From: Lama guanicoe
Taxonomy: Eukaryota
NCBI GenBank assembly: GCA_013239625.1
Contig: MU056050.1
Location: 2,528,084-2,592,083 of the forward strand
Length of the DNA: 64,000 nucleotides
Direction: 5' to 3'
How positions within the stretch are numbered: the first letter of the stretch is position 1; each line of letters opens with the position of its first letter. A program made the translations under genes and the position numbers. The notes under the pieces are model-generated. The model was not told the DNA's origin, did not search any database, and was given only the letters and a program-made list of their open reading frames with translations. Positions 52,302 through 64,000 of the stretch are shown piece by piece.

Positions 52302-53782
52302 TATATTATTATAGTAGTATCTTTTCAGAGTGAATTGTATATAAAATGCAGGTTTTGTCCTCAAAGAGTCAATAGTCTAAAGGAAAAAAAAAGACATGGA
52401 AATACAGGATCATTATTGTAATGATAAAGGCTTGTGTACAGGAACAGAAGGAGGTAGTGATTATGTGGGAGACTTCAGGGAGTGTACCTTACAGAGGGGA
52501 GATAGTAATTGAGGTTCAGAAGGAGTTGACCAGTGCATTCCAAAGCAAACCCCTGCCCCATACATTGCAGTAGTATCCAGCTGCTCTTAGTTCCTTTAAC
52601 ATACCACGATATTTGATTCCTGCGTGTTTCTTTGCTTGAGCTGTTTCTAATGCCTAGAATTCTCCTGCATCCACTTGCCAGCGTAACTGTGCCTGTCATT
52701 CTAGATTTAGATTGGAGTCACCTGGAAACCATATCTGAACTCCCCTTTCCCAGATAAGAGCCACTTCTCTGTGCCCTGGGGCTTCTTATGCATATTTATG
52801 GCAGTGTACTTTCAGTGTACTCCATTGTAATTGCTTGTGTGACACCTTCACTCTATTGTAAGCTCATTGAGGGCGGGCTATGTTTTATTCATTTCCCAAC
52901 ATTTTATTATGAAAAAATTTCCAATATACATAATTTCACAGGGATAACCCATATACCCATCACCTAGATTCTACCTTTAACATTTTGCTGTGTTTGCTTT
53001 GTTAAATATCCATCTAATGACTGCTCCCTTATATTCATTGATTATCTTTTTTTTTTGATGAATTTTAAAGTAAGTTACAGACATTAGTACCTTTCACCCC
53101 TACAGACTTCAGCATTAAGGTCATTAAATTGAGTTCATGTTTTATTCATTTTTTATCCTTTTATTTACATTTTGAAAATTGTGCCTGTTATTTTTGTCAT
53201 TGGGGCTATCACAGTGCTAGTACAGAGGTGCTTAGTATTTGAATTGGAATCCTTAATTTTATGCATTTGACTATAAGTGTATTGCACTTGAAAGGAGCAA
53301 TTCATTAAGGGCTGGAGTAGAGAGAATTTAATAGAATAAGGATAATTATGGTTATTAGAATAATTTATTATTTAGAGGCTAAAATAAATGCTAGGTAAAC
53401 AGAAAAGGGCAGTCAGGCAATGGATTTAGGGATAGGGTTGGGAGGGATAGCTAGGTTGGAAGGATACCAGGAGCTGACCTTAGAAGCTAGGGTTTTAATT
53501 GGGCTTTAAAGAATTATTCTAGGTTGAATAGAAGGGGGCAGTTTATGGTTATAGGTTGGAGAAGCAGAGATGGGAATGAGCACCTTTTATGGAATATTGA
53601 GACAAGCATTATAATTGCAGCTGTAGGTTCAATTTCATGGATTAAAAAAGCATTGGTTTGTGGTCTTTTCAGGATCTGGTCAGGATTGTGAAGGAGCTTG
53701 ACAGTGTTAAAATATAACAAGTGTCCAAAAAAGCTATTTTGTTTTTTTCTTAAACTCACAGTTTAAAGAATATACTCTTTTT

Positions 53783-53939
53783 TTAACATTTTTTTATTGA
53801 TTTATAATCATTTTACGATGTTGTGTCAAATTCCAGTGTTCAGCACAATTTTTCAGTCATTCATGGACATATACACACTCATTGTCACATTTTTTTCTCT
53901 GTGATTTATCATAACATTTTGTGTATATTTCCCTGTGCT
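53783..53939 (-). mobile_element. Young truncated camelid L1 3' end
   Basis: Reverse of the same L1 tail; 16-bp TSD agaatatactcttttt (53767-53782 / 53940-53955). Confidence 0.85.
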
Positions 53940-55257
53940 AGAATATACTCTTTTTATCTAATACTTTTTACCAGTTGAGTAAACTTTTGTCTTTGGTTAT
54001 TCAGAATTTCTAGAAACTGGCAGATCCTGATGTTTCTGTACAAGATGGAAATTGGAAAGGAGATGATCCCAGTGGCAAGTTGAAATCTATATGGAATAAA
54101 CTTCCTGGAGATTTTCAATCATGGTTAGCTTAAACTTGGGCTGTATCTCTTAGGAAAGGCACATTTCTTTCCTGTGGAAAGAAGAGTGGTGTGGTGAGCA
54201 CGGGTGGCTTAGACTCTGGGAAGCTTCTTAAGGACATTCTGGGGGAAATGCATCATTGAGCTGTGGGTTTCTGGCATTTGAGTGAATAAAGTTCAGATGA
54301 TTAAGTGGCCCAAGGCAGGAAGAGGGAAGTGTGTTTGCTTCTCTTCCCTAGCTACTCATGCCTTCTCTGTTTCTAAAACTGGGTCATCCTGTATATCAAA
54401 AGTTGCTGATTTCATCACTTACAGCAACTTTTCTTGAAGTGGGATATGGACCCACCTATATAGGGGATTTGTGAATAATACAAGATACCTGAGACTTGCA
54501 TAAAGGTCTACTGAATGTGTCCCTAGTTGTGGGCCCTGTGACGCTGGATTTAAAGAAGCATTTTTATGATTCTTATGCACACTGGAATTTAAGAAAACCA
54601 CTCTGTTATAGATAGAATTTTCCATTATTTATTGCATGATCACCTATATGTATGATGGTGGAGCTATTGTTCCCCTTTAGGGATGTACAATTATAGTCAA
54701 CAAATGCTTGTTTGCTTTGTGAGATTGATGGTAAAGTGCAGCTGTTGGGGATTTTCTGCTGCTCAGGATTTTGCTAGAGATCATTTTGTGTACACAAGTG
54801 TAAGGAACAAATACTGTTTTTATTGCATGTGTTGAACAATTTCAGGGGTTTCTGTGTGGTAGTTTTAGACATTTACGTAAATACAGAGGAAGAAAACTAA
54901 CACCTCTCTTATATTTGAAATTGACTGATTCACAAGACTTAAGAGCATAATCTCATTTATGGTCTGAAGAGCTGATAATGTGGATTATCCTAACAGGACA
55001 CCCATCTATTTATGAAGCAAATATGCAGAAGGCAGGGTCAAGCCCAGAGTTTTGCCTCTTACAAGCTTTGTGACCGTGGGCAAGACTCTTAACCTTTTAC
55101 AAAATAATCTTATGGAGTGTTTAGGGGAAGTTGATGATGTGTTATGGAAACCATTTTATTACTTGCTTAAGTATTTTGATACGACTTCTGGTTCTTACCA
55201 TGATGATGTGAGGGTATTTTTCTTCTTGCATATAATACAGAAATCACAAGAAGTACA

Positions 55258-55455
55258 TACTGACAGGCATATGTAGAATAGATAAAACAAGATTATACTG
55301 TATAGCACATCAGATCTTGTGGTAGCTCACAGCGAAAAAAAATGTGACAATGAATATATGTATGTTCATGTATAACTGAAAAATTGTGCCCTACACTGGA
55401 ATTTGACACAACATTGTAAAATGACTATAACTCAATAAAAAAAGTTTAAAAAAAA
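55258..55455 (+). mobile_element. Young truncated camelid L1 3' end
   Basis: Same tail family; TSD acaagaagtaca / acaaggagtaca (55246-55257 / 55456-55467). Confidence 0.85.
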
Positions 55456-57079
55456 ACAAGGAGTACAGAAAGAAAGTCCTCTGTAAACTAAATTCTTTTT
55501 TTTAAAAGCATACTTGATGACAGGTAAAATGTGCAAGTCACAAAAAATTTGTAAGGGTGGGTAGGTAGGTAGTGCAAAGAATCGTGGAGCGTAGTGAGCT
55601 AGTCCAGAGATGGCTGATCTCAGAAATCTCAAGTGCAAAAGATAGTAACATCCTTTGTATGTGGCAATGGGAGCAGATAAGGAGGTGAGCAGGCAGATAA
55701 AGCCCTCATGGACAAGGTTTTGTCAGACTAGGATAGATGGTAGGCTGTAGGTAACATCTTGCGCAAAGACGCCATTGTAGCAGGAAGTGATCTGTTTCCT
55801 TGGAAGCAGTGGAGAGAATGTTTTGCTTTTTGAAGTCAGCAAGAAAGATATAATCAGCCTGTTAGGAATATGGACAAATGACATGAATAGAGAGAGTTTA
55901 TGGAAAAAGACAATAATAATGACTCTTAAACATAAGGAAATTAGGGAAGTGCAAATTAAAACTACAAGTATTGCTTCTTAGCCAGACCTATTTGGTTCCT
56001 GATTTTCATTAGCAAGAATTCAGATAATGATAACTACTGCATTATCCAAATCTTCTGGTTTATGAGTTTTGAATAACAAAGGATTTGTTACATTGAAAAT
56101 GTAAGTTTGGTTTCTGAGTTTGTGAAGTGAAATTTTGTGTAGGGAGACTCACCTCTACCCTGAATTACCATTTTTCACTTTATCAGATTGGCAAAAATTT
56201 GAAAGTCTTGACAGTGCTGTTAGATGTACAGAAACACACCCATACGTAGGTTGGTTGCTGCTGAAAGTACAAATTGGTATAATCTTTGTGTGTGGAGATT
56301 AATTTTGGTATTTGTTAAAATTACAAATGCATATGACTTTTGGCCAAAATCTTAATCATATGTCAGTTGGTATGAGGGACAGTTTATGTGTTAATTGACT
56401 AAAATGACCAGAGCAACATGGAATTAAATATTGTTCTAGTGGTTAAAACAGTTTTTATGTTCTAATGTAGATTTTGAAGAAGTTAATTGAAAGAAAGCAA
56501 TTGGGTAATGGTGGTGGTGGGGACAGCACTGATGGACACAGACACAGATTTTAAAATTTTTTATTAAGATATCATTTACATAAAGTCCAAGTCACTTTTT
56601 TAGTGTACAGATCTATGAGTTTTCACAAATGTATTTATGATTACATAACCATCCTCACAAGATATATTACTGTTCCAATATCTCCACCCCCAAATTCCTC
56701 CAATACTCCTTGGTGTAGCCAGTCTTTCTCCCCAGTATGAGCCCCTGGCAACTAGTGATCTGTTTTCCATACATAAGTTTTTTTTTTTTTGCCTTTTCCA
56801 GATTGTCGTATAAATGAAATCATACAATAAGTAGCCTATTGACTTTGGCAGTTTGTCACCAGAATGCATTTGAGGTTCAGCCAACTTGTGTATATCAGAA
56901 ATTTGTTCCTTGTTTTTACTGCTGAGTAGTATTCCGTTGTGTGGATGTAACATTTTGCTTATCCATTCACCAGTTGAAGGCATTTGGGTTACTTTCCACC
57001 CCTTGGGGGTTACAAAGTCACCCAGTTTTATAGTTTAGTTTTTACGTTTGAGTCTAGCATTCATTTTGAGTTAATTTTT

Positions 57080-57177
57080 TTTAAATTGAAATACAGTCGG
57101 TTACAATGTGTCAATTTCTGGTGTACAGCACAATATCCCAGTCATGCATATACATACATATATTCGTTTTCATATTC
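57080..57177 (-). mobile_element. Young truncated L1 3' end (second lineage-specific subfamily) nested in an older L1
   Basis: 18-bp TSD cattttgagttaattttt (57062-57079 / 57178-57195). Confidence 0.85.
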
Positions 57178-58145
57178 CATTTTGAGTTAATTTTTGCATG
57201 TGGTATAAGATACGGATTAAAGAAACTTTTGGCATACGGATGTACAGTCTGTTGGAAAAGACAATCTTTCTTCATTGAAGTGCCTTGGTACCGTTGTCAA
57301 AAATTGAATGACCATATGTGTATGGGTCTGTTTCAGGTCTCTATTCTGTTGATCTGTCATAATCACCATTCACAATGTCTTGATAACTGTGGTTATATAG
57401 TAAGCATTCATATAGTGTATAGTGTGAATCCTCCAAATTCATTCTTTTTTGAAATTGTTTTGGCTTTTCTAATTCCTTTACCTTTTCACCTAAGAATCAG
57501 TTTGTTGATTTTTGGGAAAAAGATCCTTGCTAGGATTTTGATTAGATATTTTCAAGTTTCATTTTAGTATGATACTAGATTCATAGGAAGTTGCAAAAAT
57601 AGGAGATAGGTCCCATGTATCCTTCACTCAGTTTCCACCAATGGAAACATCATGCATAACTATAGTACAATATCAAGAGCAGGAAATTGACATCGAAGCA
57701 AACCACAGTTTGTTCAGGTTTTACAATTACATGTGTATTGATATGTGTGACTGTGTGTTTATAATTCTGTGCAGTTTTATCACATGTAGATACATTTAAC
57801 CACCACTAAGATACAGAACAGTTTCATCGTCACAAAGATCTCTCATACTACTTGTTTATAATTACACTCATCCCCCTCCCTCACGTTCCTCTATTCTGTT
57901 CCTAATCCCTGGCAACCACTAATCTGCTCTCCTTAATTTTGTCATTTTGGAGGCTGTTCTGTAAGTGGAAATCATATAGTATATAACCTGTTGAGTTTGG
58001 TGTTTTTTTACTCAACATAATCCCCTTGAGATCCAAACAAGCAAGTTGTTGCATTCCAGCAGTTAATTCCTTTCTATTGCTGAGTCATATTCCATGATGT
58101 ATCATACTTTGTTTAACCATTCACTCACTGAAGTATATTTATGCT

Positions 58146-58713
58146 TGTATTAGTTTGCTTGGGCTGCCACAGCAAAGCATCACAAACTGGATGGTTTAAA
58201 GTAGTAGCTTCTTTTTATTTACTTATTTGGCAGGGGGAAGTAATTGGGCTTGTTTATTTAACGGAGGCACTGGATTGAACCCAGGACCTCATGCATGCTA
58301 AGCATGCACTCTACCACTAAGCTATACCCTCCGCCCCCACAAACTGGATGGTTTAAACAACAGAAAATGATTGTTTCACAGTTCTGGAGGCTAGAAATGT
58401 AAGATCACGGTGTGAGTCAAGTTGGTTCCTTCCGAGAGCTGTGAGAGAGAATCCATTCCATACGTCTTCCCTAGCTTTTGATGGTTTGCTGGCAATCTTG
58501 TTTTTTGGTTTATAGAAGCATCACTCTGGTCTACACCTTCATCTTCACATGACATTCTCACTGTGTGTTATGTCTGTCTCCAAGTTCCCCCTTTTATAAG
58601 GATACCAGTCATACTGAATTAGGGCTCACGCTAACTTTTTAACTTTTAACCCATGCCATTTCAACTTGATAACTTCTGTGAAGACCCTAACTTTGTAAAG
58701 ACCCTAACTAACA
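58146..58713 (-). mobile_element. MaLR LTR (MLT1C-like) nested in L1
   Basis: tgtattagtttgcttgggctgcc...acagttctggaggctag...ccccttttataaggataccagtcat. Confidence 0.85.
58201..58337 (-). mobile_element. Camelid tRNA-derived SINE nested in MLT1
   Basis: Perfect 20-bp TSD cacaaactggatggtttaaa (58181-58200 / 58338-58357). Confidence 0.9.
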
Positions 58714-61700
58714 GTTGTTACCAATTTTTAGCTATTAAAAATTAAGCTGCTCTGTACGTTCATGTATGTTTTTATGTGGTCATTGGTTTTTCAGTTTTCT
58801 TGGTTAAATGCTCATGAGTAAGGTTGCTGGTTTTTATGGCAAATGCATGTATGATTTACATTTTAAAATTTTTTATTGATATGATTAACAGTGTATAAGT
58901 TTAAGGTATACAATGTGTTGATTTGATACATTTCTGTGTTGCAGATACGATTACCACAGTAGCTTTAGCTGACACGTCTATTCTATCACATGATTATCAT
59001 TTCTTTTTTTGTGGTTTTATGGTTTTTAGAAGCAACTTCTAAACTCTTTACTAGAGTGGGTGTACCATTTTACACTTCCACCACCAATATATGAGAATCA
59101 GTTTCTTTGCATCTTTGCTATCATTTGATTTTGTCACTACTTTTTATTTTCACCATTCTGATAGGTATAATGATATCTCATTGTAGTTTTTATTTGCATT
59201 TCCCTTCAATTCAATTTTAGTATGTGTTATTAAAGTTTTTTTTGTTAATTGTCTTTTTTCTCTTACACTTGAATCCTTGATTCTTAGTATTATTAACATG
59301 ATTACTTATTTCCTATCCTGTAGTATAAAGTAAGTAACTTCAGAGAAACAGAATCAGTATTACAACAAACACAAAACTATTAAGTAAAGTTTAAATTTCC
59401 TTTATTTCATTTTGTCCTTAGAGTTCATCCCACTAAGGATACAATGTTGTATTTTAAACTCTTACTATAAATGCTTTCTCTGTTTATTTGATGTACATGA
59501 TTAAGTTTGTTCTTAGTTTTTCAACTTTAGCAATTTCACAAATTCATTTCTTGAATAAGTAATTCATTTTCCTAAATCAAGAGTTAAAATTATGTAGAAG
59601 AGTGTATGTAGAAGTTTTCAGAGACTCTTGCCTCCTATATTCTTTCATCTCCTCCCTCTTATAGGTAACCTTTAAAAAATGCTTTTTTAAAGAAAAGTTT
59701 CACGTTAATCCTTGCAGTATTTCTTCTTGTGCAAACAAATGCATCCATATGTGTATTCTTATCTTACACTTCTTTCTTAAAAGTAGCATACTGATCAAAA
59801 CAATTTGTTGTAAACATTGATATTAAGTGCCAGACCTAACAGAAGGTGACTCTGTTGATGATGCCTTTCATGGTGAGGGAGTTGAATCTGTCACACTGAC
59901 TTCTGAACCATTTCATGGTCTACAAGTTATGATCAATATGAGTTAGTGAAGTACGTTGGCTAGTAACTGTGTCGATGATAGTGTTGATATTCATCTGCTT
60001 TAGCAGTGGAGAAACTCTGCTTATTGCTCTGTAACTTTGGACAGAAAAAGAGACAGGTGAAAGATAGCTGAATACCTAGAAAGTTGTTATTGCTAGCAGA
60101 GCAGGTGACACAGAACTAACCTGTGAGTTGGGGGACATAATGGAGTTAAAACTTTCAAGTAAAACAACATGAGTGGGATATTTGGCAAACATTAGCAGAG
60201 TAATTTACTAGAAGCAGTTGGAGGAGAAAACTTTTTCCCTTTCTTGTTTGCAGTTTATTAAATCAGGAAAGCTGAGCATAATCACTGGTGGGAAAGAGAG
60301 AGAAAGACTGCTTTTCATGATGAAAAGAGCATTTTGGGCAGTTTTACCAAAGTAAATCACAGAGTAAGATGGGAGATGCTTGCATTTGAAGAATCTCCTT
60401 ATACATACTGTTCTCAGATTTTGCTGCATTATTTGGCAGAAACCTTTTTATGAAGTGCATCGTTATGACACGTTTTTCTATAGAATTTTCTAATTGAAAA
60501 GTTTCTTTCCTGACTAATGACTTAGCAGATAAATCTCTGGTACAAGAAATTGTCTTAAAAGCAAAGTTGCAATAACTAAACCTCTCTAATTTATGATAGT
60601 AGTTTCAAGTTCTCTGCTGTAGAGTATACTTTTAAGTGTAACACAGAGAAACATTAGTTCTGTTATATTTTTGCCTATAGTAATATATTGGTCTTAATTA
60701 ATATTAAATGTTTGCTGAATCATTATTTTGCTTCCTTTCTTAGCATTTAGATAATCCTTTTGGTGATGTTTTGCCAGGATGCTTTAATATATTCGTAGTG
60801 GTTTAGAAATAAGGTAGTCTTTTGGTCTCAGTTGCTTTAGAAAAGTTTAAAAATTTCCTGTCACCTTAGAGCTTGGGTTCACAGTTGGTCTGTTTTCCTC
60901 CTATTGAATGACTTACTGAAGTAGAAGACACTCATGGGTGTTTAAAGGCACTGAACATTGAATAGGTTACAGGGCAAAATATGGGGGCCCCTGGTAATAC
61001 CTAGTACCAGTTATCTAACTACATATATTTAACATTTCAATAGCTCTTCTTTGGATCATCTTTATGATGCAGGCTAATCATAAGCTCCCTTTCCCAAGTT
61101 TAATGGAATCACATGCTACGTTTTAGGGATCAGTAAGTCCTAGTTTCTAGTATCATCACACAATGCCATTGTAACACGCTAACCCTTGACTGCAGCTTGC
61201 CTAAATTGCTACTAGAAGGTTCTTGGTGCTTTTTTTCTTGGTTTAAGTTGTATGCTGTTCTCTTGTGGGTGACTATGAGACTTGTGCCATCAAATTTTGA
61301 ACAAGGAGGAGAAATGTTGAACATTTATTCAACGATAGTTTTCATATCCTGTGGTGAATAACTTAAAAAATGTAGCTGAAGATAGCTTCATTGTTCAACC
61401 AGGTGCTTCCATTCTTTTTTTTAAAGCTAGATATTTGACTCTTGCTATAAAGTTAGACAAGCTTTGGTTTCTTTTTACTGTATAAATAGGAGATAAAAAA
61501 TCTGTCAAAATAAAGTATTCTGAGTGTAGATATAATTGTCAGTTCTTAATTTATAAAATTACATTTCAGAAGATATGAATAGTTATGGTGTATAGTATGC
61601 TTGTTCAGTAGAAAGGTGTTCTCAAGTGATTGGTAAAACCTTGTGAATATTTGATATGAGAGAACTTACTTGATAAAAGGGTTTAAATTTAATTTTTTGT

Positions 61701-61837
61701 TGTGGTAAAGAAAATAAAATTTACTGTCGTAACCATTTTGTAAGTGGATAGTTCAGCAGTGTTAAGTAAATTGTCATTGTTGTGAAACTGATCTCCAGAA
61801 CTTTTTAATCTTGCAGTTCTGAAACTATACCCACTAA

Positions 61838-61920
61838 CATGTTGATCACCACATCACCCAAATCTGGGTGATGATTGTGTTTCCTCAGGGCCACTCGTTC
61901 CACAGTGGGTGATCAACATG
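61838..61920. mobile_element. 83-bp MITE with 13-bp TIRs at a TTAA-like site (piggyBac-like)
   Basis: catgttgatcacc ... ggtgatcaacatg, flanked by ctaa/ttaa; cleanly interrupts the L1 sequence accca(ttaa)acaac. Confidence 0.75.
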
Positions 61921-62524
61921 TTAAACAACAGCTCCCTCTTCCTGCCCTGACTCCAAACTAAAGCAAAAACAAAAACTGGTAACCACCATTCTGCTTTCTG
62001 TTTCTATGAATTTGACTACTTTAGATACCTCATGTAAGTGGGTCATGCAGTATTTGTCTTTTTGTGACTAGCTGGCTTATTTCATTTACAGTAATGTCTT
62101 GAAGGTTCATCAATGTCGTAGCACGTGAAAGGACTTCCTTGTTAAGGATGATATCCATTGTATGTATATGCCATATTTCATTTCTCCATTCAGCTGTTGA
62201 TGGACATATGGGCTGCTTCCAACTCTTGGATGTTGTGAATAGTGCTGCTATGAATGTAGGTGTGCAAAGATCCCTTTGAGACCCAGCTGTCAAATATTGT
62301 GGATATATACCTGCAAGTGGGGATTGCTTAATTATATGGCAGTTCTATTTAAAAATATTTTGAGGTACCTCCGTACTGTTTTCCATAGCAGTTGCACAAT
62401 TTTACAGTCCTACCAACAGTGCACAAGTGTGAAATTTTCCCCACATTCTTGCAGACAGTTGTTGTTATGTCTTTTTTATTCTAGCTATCCCAAAGGGTGT
62501 GAAGTATTTCATTGTAGTTTTCAA

Positions 62525-62710
62525 TTTTTTGTTTTTATTTATTTTAAAAGAAACATTATGTGGAGACCACAAGGAACCACTGAAGGTTTTTGTTTTGAGG
62601 GAGGAGGTAATTAGGTTTATTTATTTATTTTTAATGGAGGTACTGGGGATTGAACCCAGGACCTCCTGCATGCTAATCATGCACTCTACCACTGAGTTGT
62701 ATCCTCCCCT
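62525..62710 (-). mobile_element. Camelid tRNA-derived SINE with 3' extension, nested in L1
   Basis: Reverse A/B boxes at 62587-62710, an extra 41 bp, then a second A-rich tail. Confidence 0.85.
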
Positions 62711-64000
62711 GATTTGGTTTTGATTCAAGTCCTTTGTCCATTTTTATTTGCATTTTTAATTTTTTTGTTGTTACAGGAATTCTTTACATATTCTAGTTGT
62801 TAACCTCTTATCAGATATTGTTTGAAAATATTTTCTCTTATTCTGTAGGTTGCCTTTTCACTCTGTTGAATGTGTCCTTCGATGTGTAAAAGTTTTGATG
62901 TCCTTTGATATGTAAAAGTTTTGATGTAGTCCCATTTGTGTGTGCTTTTGGTGTCATATCCAAGAAATCGTTGCAAAGTCCAGTGTTATGAAGCTTTTCC
63001 TCTATGTTTTCTTTTAAGAGTTTTATAGTTTTAGCTCTTAGATTTAGATCTTTAATCCATTTTGAATTAATTTTTGTATGTGGTGTGAGATAATGAATGG
63101 TCCAACTTCATTTTTTTTTGCTTGTGGATATCCAGTTTTCACAGCACCATTTTGTTTTTGAAGAAAAATCCCATTGAGTAGTCCTGGCACCCTTGTCAAA
63201 AATCATTTGAATGTGTATTCCAGGGTTTATTTCTGGCCTTTCCATTCTATTTTATTGGTCTTTATGTCTGTCTTTATGCCAATATTATACCTTTGTGATA
63301 TGTTTTGAAGTTAGGAAGTGTTTCCTCTAACTTTGTTCCCTTTTTCCTGAATTATTTTGATTATTTGGAGAACCTTGAATTTTTGTGATGAATTTTTCTA
63401 TTTCTGCAAAGAAAAAAAAAAGCTCTTGAGATTTTGGTAGAGATTGCTTTGAATCTGTAGATTGCTTTGGGTAGTACGGACATCTTAACAGTATTGAGCC
63501 ATCTAATCCCTGAATGTGGAGTGTCTTTCCATTTATTTGTGTATTCTTTAATTTCATTCAGCAGTGTTTTGTGATTTTCATTGTATAAGCCTTCCACTTC
63601 ATTAGTTACGTTTATTCCTAGGAATTTTATTCTTTTTAGTGCTATTGTAATGGAGTGGTTTTCTGAATTTCCTTTTTGGATTGTTGATTTTTAGTGTAGA
63701 GAAGCACAGCTCACTTTTGTGTGATGACTTTGCATCTGACACCTTTGCTGAATTTGTTTATTCTATCAGGTTTTTTTTTTTGGTGGGGGTGAAATTTTTA
63801 GGTTTTTTTACATGTAAGAACATACCATCTGTGAATAGAGAAAATTTTACTTCTTTCTGATATGGATGGATATTTCTTTTTCTTGCCTAATTGTTTTGGA
63901 TAGGATTTCCAATACCATGTTAAATAGAAGTGGAGGGAGGATGGCATCATTGCCTTGTTTCTGATCTTACAGGGAAAGCTTCTAGTCTTCATTCAGTATG

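Larger units (their letters stand above)
56550..59210 (-). mobile_element. Nested cluster of antisense L1 fragments (L1M families)
   Basis: Several L1 3' UTR and ORF2-end motifs (ctgctgagtagtattcc, ccattcaccagttgaagg, gggtgtaccattttacacttccacc). Confidence 0.8.
31737..64000 (+). other. STAG2: STAG2 5' intron (continues beyond the window; no coding exon seen)
   Basis: Follows the donor sites; T/G-rich sense-strand skew; most L1s antisense; no STAG2-like ORF. Confidence 0.75.
61690..64000 (-). mobile_element. Antisense L1 (L1MA/MB) with decayed ORF2 remnant
   Basis: ORF 63361-63597 (LYNENHKTLLNEIKEYTNKWKD...KMSVLPKAIYRF) is recognisable L1 ORF2; 62030-62293 (CTPTFIAALFT...HTM) is ORF2 C-terminal-like; frameshifted. 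Confidence 0.9.

Noticed and set aside
56600..57567. 127- and 153-aa ORFs
   Set aside because: Derived from decayed L1 sequence.
61836..61922. Hairpin as a microRNA precursor
   Set aside because: The stem is only ~15 bp with a branched interior; TIR plus TSD inside an L1 is better explained as a MITE.
7887..62710. tRNA-like A/B-box sequences as tRNA genes
   Set aside because: They are diverged dispersed copies with AT-rich tails and TSDs, i.e. SINEs.
1..64000. CRISPR array, operon or other prokaryote-type system
   Set aside because: The sequence is mammalian non-coding DNA, with no regularly spaced repeats or gene-dense region.

Overview
Mammalian genomic DNA, very probably a camelid (alpaca/camel) X chromosome. 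The lineage call rests on repeated tRNA-derived SINEs of the camelid vic-1 type and camelid-like L1 3' ends. The window runs from the distal 3' UTR and poly(A) signals of XIAP (1-~2275, +), through ~27 kb of repeat-rich intergenic DNA, to the CpG-island promoter and alternative non-coding first exons of STAG2 (~29.2-33.2 kb, +; a 227-bp N gap covers the upstream TSS). The rest is the start of the long STAG2 5' intron. Gene and repeat-family identities come from recalled similarity to human sequences and repeat consensi, not from a database search. No protein-coding exon is supported: the supplied ORFs are chance ORFs, GC-rich ORFs or decayed L1 ORF2. I found no convincing novel biological system. 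The most unusual items are an 83-bp TTAA-targeted MITE with 13-bp terminal inverted repeats and an internal hairpin (61838-61920), SINE dimers each bounded by a single TSD, SINEs carrying apparent 3' read-through sequence, several perfect palindromes and a few candidate cryptic 5'UTR exons.
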